From Tubiluchus corallicola (taxonomy: Eukaryota; Animalia; Priapulida), in the NCBI GenBank assembly GCA_030141605.1, contig JAQGDQ010001231.1:1-53516 (forward strand): a stretch of 53,516 nucleotides of DNA, read 5' to 3'. Numbering within the stretch: the stretch's first letter is position 1; every line of letters begins with the position of its first letter. The notes under the pieces were generated by a model. The model had not been told where the DNA came from. It ran no database searches and saw only the letters and a program-made list of their open reading frames with translations. A program made the position numbers and the translations under genes. Shown here piece after piece: positions 13,001-26,280 of the stretch.

Positions 13001-16000
13001 GCTGTCGGTATGGGTTGTAAGTGTTATAATACGGGTATCGATAGGCTTGCTGTACTACTACTGGTTTTTGAACATAAACTGGTTGGGGAACATACACGGG
13101 TTTTGTCACATATACTGGCTTCTTGACAACCACGGTTTTCACTGGTGCTGGTCGAATGTAGATCTGTGGTTGAGCCTGTTATGATATGGATTCATTTAGA
13201 AACTATGCTTTGTTTGAAACTAAGATCCTTATTCAGTTAGACTAAGATCGGCATATAATATGACCTCATTTTATAATTTAGTTCATGTTCTAGAGTGAGT
13301 AAGATTATTCTAAGTTTTACAAGTATTTGTTTATATTCTTCTAATTTTATTAAATGTTTTTCATTTTATTCTGGGTGCATGAATCTAAACTACACGTGAA
13401 TTTAATCCGTGTTCCAAGATTATTCTAAGTTTTATAAGTATTTTTTATATACTTTTAATTTCGCTAAGCATTTTCATTTTATTCTGTTTGGGTTAGGGTC
13501 ATAAAAGCGGACTCAGAGATGTTTTAAGTTCTGAGTCGGTATACTTTTGAGACCAACTTTACATCTCTTATTTTGGCAAAATAACATATGAAGTACAATG
13601 CAAATGTGTTATAAATGGGCTAGAAAGGAATTAAAGATATGTAAACCTGAAGATAGGCCCTGGCCAACTGAGCCAGCAAACTAGATATGTGATTTTTGTT
13701 GCGAGGAAAGTTTCGGTATATCTTTTGATAACAGTCATGTCAGTTACTTACTGGTTGGACGTACTGTACCGGCTGCGAGTAGCTAGCTCCACAGCATGCA
13801 TTGTTATAAGTAGAACAACATGATGAGCCACCGGAGTTAGAGGTGTACCGGTATCCGCTAGAGGAAGAGTATGAGCGCTGTGCTGCCCTGTAACTGCTGT
13901 ACTGACCTACGTTTGAACATACATAATTAACAATGCAAAATAAGGATTTTAACTTTTTTAGGCATGATGTTTTTGTATATGTGGCCTTACTTTCTAACAT
14001 TTATTTTATGGAAACTACAGCAACACAGCTTATTCTTCTCGAAGTGAGTTGGCAGACACCGGATTGGAAGTCATAACAAAATGTAAATTCTTTTAGGTTA
14101 TTAAAATTGCTAAAATTCATATAAAAGTGTTTATGCCAAAGAGTAATGTTTTTGTAGTGGCAAATATATTAAAAATATTAGTCTTTTTTACAAATGCTTA
14201 AAAAGGGTTTTCTAAAGTTTTCTTCGTTGGTACTGTTTCAATAGACTGTGATATACCAACATATAATTGTTGGTATGTGGCAATATGACGAAAAGTATAC
14301 TGTGCTATTTAGTTGAAAAAAGATTGGTTAACCGTAAGCTGAATCAGATATGTTTTCTGAAAGTTGTTTGAAATTCGTGCATGATAGAAAAAATATGTGT
14401 GAGAAATATACATGATTAGGAACCTACCTTCTGCATGCATTAGAGAACATAAAATGATTGAATAGATAAACAACAATACAGCATTTACATCCATGGCAAA
14501 ATTATAATTCACAAGCAACTAGAAAGAATTGTGATGTGATGCGACTGTTGTACAAGATGACACAGGATTATTGCTTCATGTTGTTAATACTTATAGATGC
14601 TAGTCTTTTATGTTTGCTTGCTGAAGGAGATTAGACGATGCGTGATATTCTGCTGAATTGCAGAAAGTATTAACCCAAACGTGTTTCTCAAGGTTACAGA
14701 TTTTTGACATGTATTTTCAATAACTTGAGCTTATTTCTCTCTGCAATCACCAAAAAACCTGTTTAGCTGCTATTTTCTTGTTAGAAATTGTATTTGCAGA
14801 TGCTAAATTGTGTGTTAAATGTTTGTTTCTGTCCAAATTTCTGCTTTTTTATCTGTCATGTAGATTGCATAATTAAAATTAAAATACACCCACAAAATCG
14901 GTAAATAATCAATAAAAATCAGCTCGTGTTTCTGATTTGACATTGCTACCTGTATTCGTATGTAATTTGTCTGCATTTGTGGCACTGATTTATATGATTT
15001 TCTACACAGTACCACATGTAATACTTGCATCTTTTACAATTACCTTTGCTATAACAAAACCTGTGCATGTATCTGTCAAAATAAATCTTTTTGTAATACT
15101 ATTCTCAGTTTTACATAAGCCCTTAAGTGTGGTATGGCCACATACAGTACAAATTTATCTGTATGTTTAGCAAAATGAAATAAAGCAAAAGCCGTACAAG
15201 ATTATTGACAATATTAGTTGAAATAGGTTTGTGATTGTAAACTTTGCAGTACATGTGCGAAAAAGACACCCTATATCACAAATTATTTCATTGATCAGTA
15301 AGCACTCCCAAGCAAATCGAATAGTTTGAAATGCATGTGTATAAAAACTTAAACAAACAAAAAAAAAACTGAATACAAGTGTATTGTAATTATTTGAATT
15401 ATTTAAAGCACTCAAATTACTACTAGTTGCCATGTTGTTCTATCTTTAAAATCAGTACATGCTGGTGTTGCATTACATTTTAAAACATCCTATATGTTCA
15501 TGCCATGTAAAAAGGAATGTTGTAGCAGGTGCTGGCTGATTACCAGCTAAGAATGATCCTGCTTGCTCATCGTGATTATCAGATTATTTGTATTGTGCGT
15601 TGTTTCCAGCTGAGTGGATTTGATATTTACAGAAAAACAGGCCCGAAGCACGATTTTCTTGCTCCAAAAGCATGCTTAAGCGATAACACCTGTAGAGAAT
15701 TTTGTTGACGATGTTTTTTTATTATTTTTCAGGGCAAAGTGCCAGCAGAGGTCGCGGTGCTCAGAATATTAATCGTGGACAACAAGGACAAGGGGGTGGT
15801 CGTGGTAGAACTGGGTAGGAGTAAGATAAAGTCTTAACTGAGTCTAAATTATACCTGATAAGTGATTATGACTTCATATTGAAAGCACACCCTTATATCC
15901 AGCATTTCCAAATATGAATAAACTAATGGCTGATTGCTATTAAACCTAATTGAAAGCAAGGGGTGTAATATTATTATTAGTGCATTAAAAATTTGTTTAC

Positions 16001-16605
16001 GAAACCCATGCTAGTATTTATAATACTTAAAAGATTTTATTTGGAACAAATCGCCATAAAATGTCTTGGCATTATTTGCACTAGTATCATATACTGGTAA
16101 TAAGTGATAGCATGATATTCCGATTTGTAGCGTACCAGATTTCGCTTACTATAAGGTTTTGATTAAATTAAATTTGTAATACAAAATGTTGCAAAATTAT
16201 TATTAAATTGTTTTGATTAGCTGTAAATTTTTTTCACTTGATTGCCAAAAAGACTACATGCCGGAGATGCATTTGTTTCCAGGGTCCTGTCTGTGGTACT
16301 TAAAACGTTTCCTCACACACCTAGCTGTTTTTGCTGCAATTTCATTTTTTGGCATTCCTACCACTTGAGAACCCTGGACACACATTTTTGGTAGAGCTGT
16401 TGTTGTTTTTTTGCAGTAATCATTGTTTTTTTTTGATTGGCCAAACAGAGGGCGTGGCAGACGGTGGAGGGGACGTGGCGGACGAGGAAGAGCAGCAAAA
16501 CCAGATGTTAGCCGAGAGGTATTGGATAATCAGCTGGATGCATACATGGCAAAGACTAAATCTAGTCTCGATAACGACCTCGACATTTTCATGAGTCCTG
16601 ATTAA
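7031..16605 (+). CDS. CHTOP: Chromatin target of PRMT1 (CHTOP/FOP), about 257 aa
   Basis: Coding exons 7031-7107, 8188-8353, 9814-9901, 10287-10490, 15733-15814 and 16449-16605, all GT-AG with compatible phases. N-terminus LKSTSKMSLNDRF and ASAKNRRLAQQMENRP, RG/RGG-rich middle, C-terminal LDNQLDAYMAKTK..LDNDLD..M duplication. Probable non-coding exon 1 ends at 6039. Confidence 0.95.
7204..7280 (+). other. Candidate poison cassette exon and stem-loop in CHTOP intron 2
   Basis: Acceptor ttttcag at 7197-7203, donor GTGAGT at 7281, in-frame TGA at 7247-7249. Hairpin GGTGTGG..TGA..TCA..CCACATC at 7240-7268. Confidence 0.5.
11986..14494 (-). CDS. Nested antisense gene for a secreted 212-aa Tyr/Pro/Val-rich protein with a polybasic segment and C-terminal Cys-rich domain
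   Basis: Exons 14494-14428, 13906-13752, 13175-12947, 12560-12443 and 12055-11986. All GT-AG, phases 1,0,1,2 join into one ORF (639 nt). Hydrophobic signal peptide MDVNAVLLFIYSIILCSLMHAEG. Confidence 0.88.
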
Positions 16606-16816
16606 GAAAATAACTCTTCATCAGTCATGAAATCACTAATACAGTAAAGTACAATTCCATTAGTGATTATTGATGTCAAAAAGCAACTAGAGTTTTTCTG
16701 AGCTGCTTTGTGTGACTAGGGCAGGTATAATAGTGTTATATAATATGTAAGTTTTTATATTGTACAGAAAAATAATCAGTTTTTTGAAAAACAGTAAAGC
16801 TGTTGTAGGGATTTCA

Positions 16817-17335
16817 TCAGAACTGTCTTTTTTTACTTAGCATATAAAAGGATACAGTGTGTAGTATAATCACAATATGAGCTATATTCCAAAACTCGGT
16901 AATAAAAACAACATCAAACAAATTTATAAGGGTTAGTACATCATTACTCAATAGTTTACCTTTAATACCATTTATATTCCAAGAACAGATTCGTAACACT
17001 TCATTCGTATTGCCATTTACCTCAGACTCTATAAAAAAGATTTTGTAACATTTGCGTTATAAGTGATAGTCCCATTTCTATTTAAAGTTTTTTCTCGCCA
17101 ATTTATCGCTCGCTCGCATCCTACATTTTCTGATTTCTTCTTTTCCTCTTTCAGTGCCCTCCTAAGTTCAGCATTTTGTTTACGTATTAAAGGGGAAACA
17201 TCCGTATTGACGTACACACGCTTTAGCCACATACACCAAGTGAATTCAGTAACTGGATCTTTGAGGCAGTTGTGACGTACACACGCTTTAGCCACATACA
17301 CCACGTGAATTCAGTAACTGGATCTTTGAGGCAGT
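16817..17335 (-). mobile_element. LINE fragment spanning the end of ORF1 and start of the ORF2 APE endonuclease
   Basis: RVYVNTDVSPLIRKQ..LR..LKEEK (ORF1 C-terminus) followed by LRICSWNINGI..DVVFITE (APE motifs I-II). 65-bp tandem duplication at 17208/17273. Confidence 0.8.
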
Positions 17336-19423
17336 GGCTAGGATTCGTGTGCAGTTTCAATATGTGTTAAAAATCACTCATGTTTTTTTGCAATTTTAGT
17401 AACTTTCTGCACAAGTTGTTTTTTAATTTTAAATATGGAGCTTTTTATAATACTAGTTGATATTTACTGTTATCCAGCACACTTTGTTGTATTATTACAG
17501 ATAACTGTGTAACTTTACTTTGTGTTACTAATGTGTCTTAGTTACTATAGCTGATTATATTGATACCCTTCTATTTATAATATCGTTTCATCTCAGCGAT
17601 TTTAAGTTTATATGATGCATCGTAATGCTTTTACTGTTTTAATGTGTATTTAAAAACTACTATTATCAGTTATTACAGACAAAAGTTTGTGGAAGTCCTC
17701 CATATGTTGTAAATATTAATAAGTTGTTACAAATTTAAGGGTGAAATACATTTTAGTGAGACTTGAAAACGTTTCTTATTGAGCAGTTTGGTTTGCCTGG
17801 TACTCATTACGAGTAAAAACTGAGGCTGAGACACTACTGTACAATCAGTCTACAAGATTCTAACCTAAATGGTTTTATGGCTGTGCAGCAAGAAACAGAT
17901 TTTGACTTCTGGCCTCATGGTGCTTCAGTGTAAAGTTGGTTTCAAAAGAAAAACGGGGAGTGTCTTTACAAACTTCTTGCGCACTTGTAAACAATCTAAA
18001 GATACTGGATACTTTTTGTTTTTTGAGTTCATGTACAGCAAAGTAAAATAGTAAACTCAAATAGCATTTAGAATCTCACATTTTTATTACTCCCACATAT
18101 ATATATGAAACTTGCAGCAAGAAAGTGTACATATTTTTTTCACAATGACTTAAGTTTCATTTGATAATAAACACATTTATATGCCTTTTGAACTAATACA
18201 CATTAATTACTATAATTAGTGAAATATACGAATGAAAATGTATGATAAAACGCAAAACTAATTGGAAAAACTATTGATAGATCACAAGTGAAAGAAAAAA
18301 TTGTACCTAATATAAATTGAAGCGAAATATAATTTTGTAAGTATAAATAATAAACATATTTTAACGAAACTGTAAAGAAATAACAACTAACAAACATACC
18401 ACGACAGCATAATTATGAGCACCCATGGTTATGTTAATAATGGCAGTAGAACCCATGAGGCAGAATATGGAAGTGTCACACGAACACTAAAGTTTTCAAA
18501 ATTTAAAATAATGCATGTACTAAACGCTTTCTCATAAATAAGACAAATTTATAAAATTTAGTTGTTAAATTTATTACCAAATTGAAAATTAAAACAACTG
18601 TTGGAACAGCAGGTTGAGACACTAATAAACTTCATCACATAACAGAAACCAACCCACACTCCTCCAACAATGCCATAGTAACAATAAGTTATACTATAAC
18701 TTAGCTGTAGTATATGTATTAAAAATCATATTAGTCAGTCTCTGTTAAATGAGCAGAATAGTTATTGTACATAAGTAAAATTATAAGTTTTTATTCTAGG
18801 CATTTGGTTTTTAAAAGGCAAATTGCTTGTTTCTCGAATATTTTTCTAATTTTACCTGCAATAATATTACGTTACATGTAATTTTTATTATGTGATTGAA
18901 TGGCGACTTGCAAGATAAGTCACTCGTGCAATAGCTCAGATCTTATCCAGATTTTATCAGATCTGATTGGCCAATGAGCAGTGATCACAGTTGTAGACCA
19001 AATAACCAACTAATTTTAGTGAAGCTTTTACGTAAATTTGACAGACTGGATGAGATGTTTCAACTACACAGACTACATCATTGTTTCTGCACAGCAATTA
19101 AACAAATTTAATCTAAACAGAAATACAATAAGAAATACGTAAAACCTATAGAAAATATTTCTTTTACATTTTTTTGAAAGACCAGCACTTTAGCGACATA
19201 ATTTACCCTGTTTCAGCCGTTATAGACATACCGCAAAAGGTGCAAGGTAACAACCCAGTTTAATTACCAGAACAAATCTCTGTCATTTTCAACATGCTAT
19301 TATTGGTACATCAGCCTGTTTTAGTGCTGTTGTCTGGATGTGCAGTCAGTAGTCAAGAGAAATGTCCTCACAGTTAGCTAGCTTGTAATATGTTACCTAG
19401 GCAGTGAACAAAGAGTAAAACTA

Positions 19424-22400
19424 CTAGAATGTTTTTCTGTTGCTACTTGGTTCCCATCTGTTAGGAGTTGAGGAAATTGTGGCAGAATTGCGTGGAACAA
19501 ATTCCTTTGCAAGGGGATTCAATTTACTTTGACTGCTTGGCGCCTGTAAAAGAAAAATTACTTATTATTTAATTTCACTTTCCTCATGCTGTGATGCATT
19601 ATTTTACAGGTGATTCATGTAGGCTAGGCATGTTGACAAATATATACCTGTTTTGTATGTAAACAACAGTGTGGCATCAAAGATTCACAGAAATTATTCA
19701 AAGCAGCAATAATAACAACAACTACAGTAATAACGGTATTAATAATAATGATAATGATGATAATAATAATTTACGATAAAGGTGTTACACTTAGGATGTG
19801 TTGGGGGAACTATAGTAAACGCACATGAAACATGGCAGGAGGTAAAGAAGCAAACCATTTTGGTTTCAGCGTACATCTATTATACATCCTGAGACGATAT
19901 TTGCAGAGCTTAGAGTGTTGGGTAGATTCTGCTTTGCAAGTGACGCAAGCTGAGCGGTGAGATACAACAACAAAAACATAATAATAATAACAACAACAAT
20001 GATAGTGGTAATTTACTTATTTTGTCAATCACACTTTTGCAAAAATAATCACAAATAGGTAATTTAGTTCGTGAATAGGAAATTAGTTTGTGAAACTATA
20101 GTAAACGCACATGAAACATGGCAGGAGGTAAAGAAGCAAACCATTTTGGTTTCAGCGTACATCTATTATACATCCTGAGACGATATTTGCAGAGCTTAGA
20201 GTGTTGGGTAGATTCTGCTTTGCAAGTGACGCAAGCTGAGCGGTGAGATACAACAACAAAAACATAATAATAATAACAACAACAATGATAGTGGTAATTT
20301 ACTTATTTTGTCAATCACACTTTTGCAAAAATAATCACAAATAGGTAATTTAGTTCGTGAATAGGAAATTAGTTTGTGAAACGGATTAGGCTTATGATTA
20401 GGGCTGGGTTAGGGTTAGAGTTAGGGTATTTAAATTGTGTGGGGAATTGTGAATCCTTCCCAATATCTAATAAAATTGTTACGGACACAAAATTTAGATT
20501 GAAATACCAATAGATGTCACCACATTATGACATAGCATCAGTAAATTACCACTTCAGTTTACAGGGCTGCCGTCAATATCTAATAAAATTGTTGAAAACA
20601 AATCTTAGATTTAAATATCCCGCATGCACAGAGAAAGATTGGTAGGCTTGCACGAACTGTGAGGCACAGATGGATGCCATTTTGTAATACAAATTCTATG
20701 GTCTATAAAAGGCAAACAATGGGCATAATTTTCTAGTATAAAGACACTGTTTGATTGTTTGGCAAAAACCACCATCGAGCGACACATTTGGGAAATAGTG
20801 ATTGGTGTTGCAGGCTAGGAATCCCTTTTCTGTGAAAGTGTGGCATTTAAATCTATAACACACAACACAACAGTCTGTGAAGCATTTTATATATATAAAG
20901 TTCACAAAAAAACGAGAAATATGAAAAATGTTAACTGCTTTGCTAATGCAAAATGAAATGAAAAACAGATAAGTAATATGTACATTACTTAGACAAGAGT
21001 TTGTCAGAGGTGTCTCAGTTCTCACAAGCAAATTCCTTTAATTTCGCTTCTTTGTTTATAGACTGAAGACTATAGATGACTTTCTTCATACGTTACACAC
21101 ATGCACCTGAATGAACTGGACTGTGTGGTGCTATTCATTTACATCCAAAATAATACCAAACTTAGTCATAAAGTAGCCTAACTGATAATCATAAAGCTAT
21201 CAACTATAAACAATAAACAGTGCCAACTTCATAGTCTAGTCAAGTTTTGGTGGGGCTTTAATATATATAATATATAGAAATGTTTGAACTGCCATAAATT
21301 TCTGTGATATTTCTCTCTTGAGCTTTATATAAAAAAACTGCAACATACTAATTTCACTTCAAATGATTTTTTTGAAATTTGCTGATTCAACCAAAATTCA
21401 GCAAAAATTGTTTTTATTTTTATTTTGTTTAGCAAAAACATAGTTTGAGCATCGAACACATTTGAAGGTGGAGTGCATGATTACAATACGTGCAATACAC
21501 AATTAACGTAGAACCTTGCATGGTTCATCAAGACAAAAACTGGCTAATCACATTTTAATGGCTCATCAAAACAGTAGCACAATCTTGGTGTTGAATTTCA
21601 TGCATATAGTTTGTGTTAAAACAATTAGCTGCTGTGGTTAGTGCTAAACTGGTTTTCAGTTACATTTCTCCAGCATAGCAACCAGTTAAGAGTTGATACA
21701 AATATGCAAATTATTTTGTTATAATTAGGCTGAGGTTATTAAAGCCTCCAAACCACCCCAGTTGAGTCAACTATCACTCCCAGTTTCAACTATATATTTA
21801 CTAAAGTAAAGGCATTGCTTTTACAATTGTTTGATAAGCAGGCCACTTGAAAAAATACAAAAAAACTTACTGAAAAACTCGTTCCACTGTTGAGAACGGT
21901 ATGGTTGATTCTCTGTTCAGGTGCTCTAGGCATCCACTCGGCTGCCTGTATAAGAAAAGTGAAGGTAAAGAAAGACTAGTGTAAAAAACAGAGATATTAA
22001 TGTTATAGTTTCATATTCACTGACTTAATCTACTTCTAAGGAAATAAGAAGCTACATATTTGACGAAATTTGGCATTACAGCTTTTGGGTTACCATTATA
22101 TATGGTGCTAAACAAGAACTTACAAGGAATTATCTAGACAATTTTCTCTATCCGACTTTTCAATTGTACAATAGCTTATTTACATAAACAACAATTCAAC
22201 AAATGAAAATGTCCTCATACCAAACATAGCCACAAGTGTTTTAGAATTATGAGGGCAAATGGAAAAGGTCTCCTAAAGCTTATCTACTTAGCACTTGTTC
22301 TGGATAGCACTAGCCAGAGCAAAGCTTTAGCTACAAATGTAAAGTAGCAAACACATTTGCTACCATGAGATAGAACATATTCGCTTATACTTGTCACCAT

Positions 22401-23845
22401 GAGATAGAACATATTAGCTTACATCTGTTACCATGCGATAGAAAATATTCACTTACATAAGGATTAAAGTTTGCAGGCCGACTGACATTGGTTGGTGGGT
22501 GATTAGGATACTGTGGCCGGATTCCTGGGTGGTTATTCCACGTATTATAACCTGGATTAGGATACCAGTAGTTATCATGATAATGACGTGAGTCGTTAAT
22601 GTTCAGTCTGTTCATCTGTGCTTCAAATTCACCAGTACCATTATGATATGATTGTTGGGGTGATGGTGGATGCCATTCTTCTGCTTCCTCTTCATCTAAC
22701 ATCTGTTGCAAGCAGTTTTCTAAGAATTCTTGCTCTGATAACTCTTCTAAAACCTAGGACAAAAGAATATTTTAAAAGTATTTAATTTCAGATACAGAAT
22801 TTGATCTTCTACAATTTGTTAAGGTTTGTGCCGTAGAATAATTATTCATTGTGCCATTATTTTGAAGACTTCTGAAGTAAAGTTCAAATAATTGCCGTAA
22901 GTACGCAAAAGCTTTCAGTTTTTCAACTGTGAAATCTACTAAAAATGTACTACGAGAATATGTCACAGCTTATGTAGATTTTATTTTAATCAGATACTCC
23001 GCAAATTTTATTGCCATAAATTGTCTGGGAAAAAATGAACATAGATTAAAAATGCAGTGCTTGTAATTTAAATACTGTCTAGTGTTTAAGCTATGTTAAA
23101 TTTTGTACTGCATTAAATCTCAATGAACATACCAAGAAAGCTTTTGTAAAAAGTTAACTTGCTAAGAAACTACATCTATACAGTGTGTCACTAGTTCCAC
23201 AGTATATGACTCATTAATGTTTGTTCTTCATATTACCTTTCTTTCTTTCTATGTATGTATGTGGGAGTGGGGACACATACTTTAAGCAGGACAATCGGTT
23301 ATTAAGGAGAACAATCAGTTTAAGCAGGACATCAGGACAAAAAGGTATTAAGATTCATTTTTTCCAACATAATGGAAAAAAGGAATCTTAATACTTTTTT
23401 GTTAGAAATAGCCACTACAATAGGGACATACATAATTTATATTGAACAATATTTACTAACTACTTCAATAATATTAACGATTATTTCAAAAGAATACGTC
23501 TGCAAAGTTCCTTGGCAAATTGAAGCAAAGTTAAACTTGACCAGTCCTTGTGAACTTCTCACCACACCTGACAAAACACTGCATTTTTCTTAAACTAGAG
23601 TCGGTTGCATAAATGGACAATAAATGCAATATTAATTTACTAAGTTAAATCTTGATGGCTGTGGTCATTATGAATTATTACAATATTTTGCCATGTATAA
23701 GAAAGTATACTTGTCTATCAAAGCTCTCCATGTCCTCCATCCACATAAATTCAGAGAAATCTCCATTTGGTTGAACTGGCTGATGATTGGGATAATCCAT
23801 TCTTCTGTTATTAGATGACTGCATGTCTTGAACAGGACACTTCAT
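19424..23845 (-). CDS. PAIP2: Polyadenylate-binding protein-interacting protein 2, about 208 aa
   Basis: Exons 23845-23711, 22753-22457, 21945-21871 and 19543-19424, all phase 0 GT-AG. Acidic PAM1 region FSEFMWME.MESFDRQVLEELSEQEFLENCLQQMLDEEE; PAM2 SKLNPLAKEFVP. Probable 5' UTR exon with donor at about 24606. Confidence 0.93.
19808..20382. repeat. Two-copy 286-bp tandem duplication in a PAIP2 intron
   Basis: AACTATAGTAAACGCACATG...TTTGTGA starts at 19808 and again at 20094; copies look identical by eye. Confidence 0.92.
20385..20427 (+). repeat. Short degenerate TTAGGG-like tract
   Basis: attaggcttatgattagggctgggttagggttagagttagggt. Confidence 0.6.
22361..22460. repeat. Three copies of a roughly 34-bp unit containing the PAIP2 exon-2 donor
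   Basis: taccatg(a/c)gatagaa(c/a)atatt..ctta repeated at about 22361, 22395 and 22429. Confidence 0.8.
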
Positions 23846-24943
23846 TTTTGTTGCCTAAATTACACATAAAGTAAAAAATGCAATACAATTTTTTTGCATC
23901 ATTTTCATAATATAGGTGCAACATATTAAAGTTAACACAAGCACCTTCCTTAATACTTTGGAAAAAATGTAATTAAGTTAGGACTGTAAACTCATGTTTA
24001 TGCTCACTGTTACCACCTGAAAAACTACAAACATGACAGAACACAAGTTCCTTCACTTCACTTGCACTCTTATGGTTATAATGAACAAATATCATCTCGT
24101 TTTAAGTAATCGCTTTTATTATGGTATTGATTTAGTCGTCCAGCACATACATTTGCTATAAAGTAAATCTCCCCATAGTTTAGTTTAGTATGTATCACAT
24201 AGAAACACAAGTCATGGCAGCATAAACTTGTGACACCACAGAAGCTGTCTAAATTTAGTTTTAGATTAGTTTAGATTGATAAATTTGTGACAGTTTTTAG
24301 ATATGTGTCGCTTTTTGCCGAAATAACATTCACAATTAGCCGTACCTGTCTGGATGTTAGGTATTACAATTTTAGATTTTATTACATGTTGAAGTTCTAT
24401 TTGGGGATTTCATTCCCCACAACTATGTTCGGCACGCAGATAGAGCTTGTTTGTAATATTCGCCTGATTTCTTGCTCTGCAAACTTTGCTCTGTTTATCA
24501 CTTTACATGCTGTGAATAATTATTGTGTATGTACTTATTAATCTGCTTAAATTGTGCTAAATAAATAACAAGATATAGTTAATACTTGTAAGCAATCTCA
24601 TCTTACCAAATACGGCAAACGGAATATCTGTTATACTTTGGTTTTCACGGTGTATCTAGGATTCTAGACTCGGTCATTTCACTTTAAAGTAGTAGCACTA
24701 ATAATAAGATCGACCTATTAAAATTTTGACCGACCAGTTGCAAACTTGCAGTTGTTTTTCAATACTTAGACAGTTCTCCGCCAGGGCGCTACGAAAGACA
24801 AAGTGAATTCTTCGCTTGCTTAACGACTACCATAAGAAGATGCAGTAAAAAAACATACTATTCAGGGGTGTTACATAACCACTTGATAGCTAGGTGATAC
24901 AAAAACACAAGTAATAGTATAGAACACTCTTTCATGCCCTCAA

Positions 24944-25207
24944 TTAAGTTTGACGCCTCACGGGTCTGAGACAGCAGTGACAGCCTGCAATCGAAGGGTA
25001 TGATAGTAGATTTGACATTTTATGGTCGACCTCGGCCTTTTCCCACACATCTCGCAGATGTTTCACAAACTTGCTTTGGGAAGACCAATCAATGGCATGT
25101 CCTTGGTTGAGTTTAGTTGCCACCCTGTTTTTTAGGATAGCTCCACTGTGCTCGAAATGCCTGAAGTCCAGTGATATTTCCATGCCACTTACTTCGATAT
25201 GCTTCAA
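24944..25207 (-). mobile_element. Possible decayed DNA-transposase C-terminus (piggyBac-like)
   Basis: LDFR..GH followed in another frame by CEMCGKRPRSTIKC, loosely like the piggyBac Cys-rich tail. No termini identified. Confidence 0.25.
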
Positions 25208-26149
25208 TAATAAACATTATGCCGCTTAAGATTGCAAACTGTGCAAGATGCAAAGAGTGTCCTTAATAAATATTTAGTATGATGAATTATTCTGTGCCAT
25301 TACTTGATCATTGTTCATGCACACCTCAGCATTTCACGAAAAACTCGAATGGTTAGCTTTCAAATATTCAATATTGATTTTGTCTTCAATCCTTCCCAGT
25401 TTCTATAGCAAAGCAGCTCAAATGAGCTTAGGAAACACTTTATGATACGTTAAAAAACAACTTAAACTTGTCAAGAATTTTTAAACCGATCAGAGGCAGC
25501 AGTTTATTAAAATCAACAACAAACAGTCATAAAAAGGCATCAAATGTTCATGAAGCTTTGAAAAGAAATGGATTGCGTGTTAACCTTTCCCAAGCTTCGA
25601 TTATGCGAATGACGTGAAGTGAAGTTAGCTAATGAATGGCGATCAGGAAATGTGACGGCGGGTAGCATTCATTTTTGAACACGGCCAACACCCATGCTTG
25701 TTCACTTTCTGATTTTAGTGAATTAGGTTTGATAATAAGCCAGGTTTCGGGTCACTTTAACTAGGTTCCTTTACTAAATGCTTGATGTTAGCTTGCAGAG
25801 TGCCGAACTATATTTATTTATTTATTAAAAATATTACCACTTACATGTGTTTCCTATGTGCAGAAAAACGACATAACGGATTAATAATTGCAGTTACAAT
25901 TACATACAATTTTAGTCACAATGTCAGTTAAAACTATTTACAATTACAACTAGTACTCGCAGCATTAAAATTAAATAGAACAAATTTAAAAGTTTTAATT
26001 TCAAAAGTTAATTGCATTAAAACGTCTTGGCGTGTGTAAATAAATTTCCTTATTCACTTCACGGCTGGTCAGAGTAAGCGTCAAGTCGTTATCTTTTCTG
26101 GCACAATACTATTTTATTGAAAATTTGTTGATTTTTGCAGCTGCTGTAA

Positions 26150-26280
26150 TGCATACTGAGAGTAAGTTACAGATGTTAACTATTCTATGGTTGAAAGAAT
26201 TTCGAAAACAAAGCAAACTCTTTTGGAGACCGTTTTTCTATGATTTGAGAGTAAAGTTTCTTGTGCTATGCTCGTAAACA
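26150..26280 (-). mobile_element. Decayed CR1-type LINE 3' fragment
   Basis: Minus-strand translation CFRNSFNHRIVNI.NL. Confidence 0.45.

Noticed and set aside
14530-14625. Possible C/D-box snoRNA in the CHTOP intron
   Set aside because: Boxes are imperfect, there is no terminal stem and no recognisable rRNA guide.
16411-16417. Upstream ttgcag acceptor for the last CHTOP exon
   Set aside because: Out of phase with the preceding exon; the AG at 16447-16448 restores the frame.
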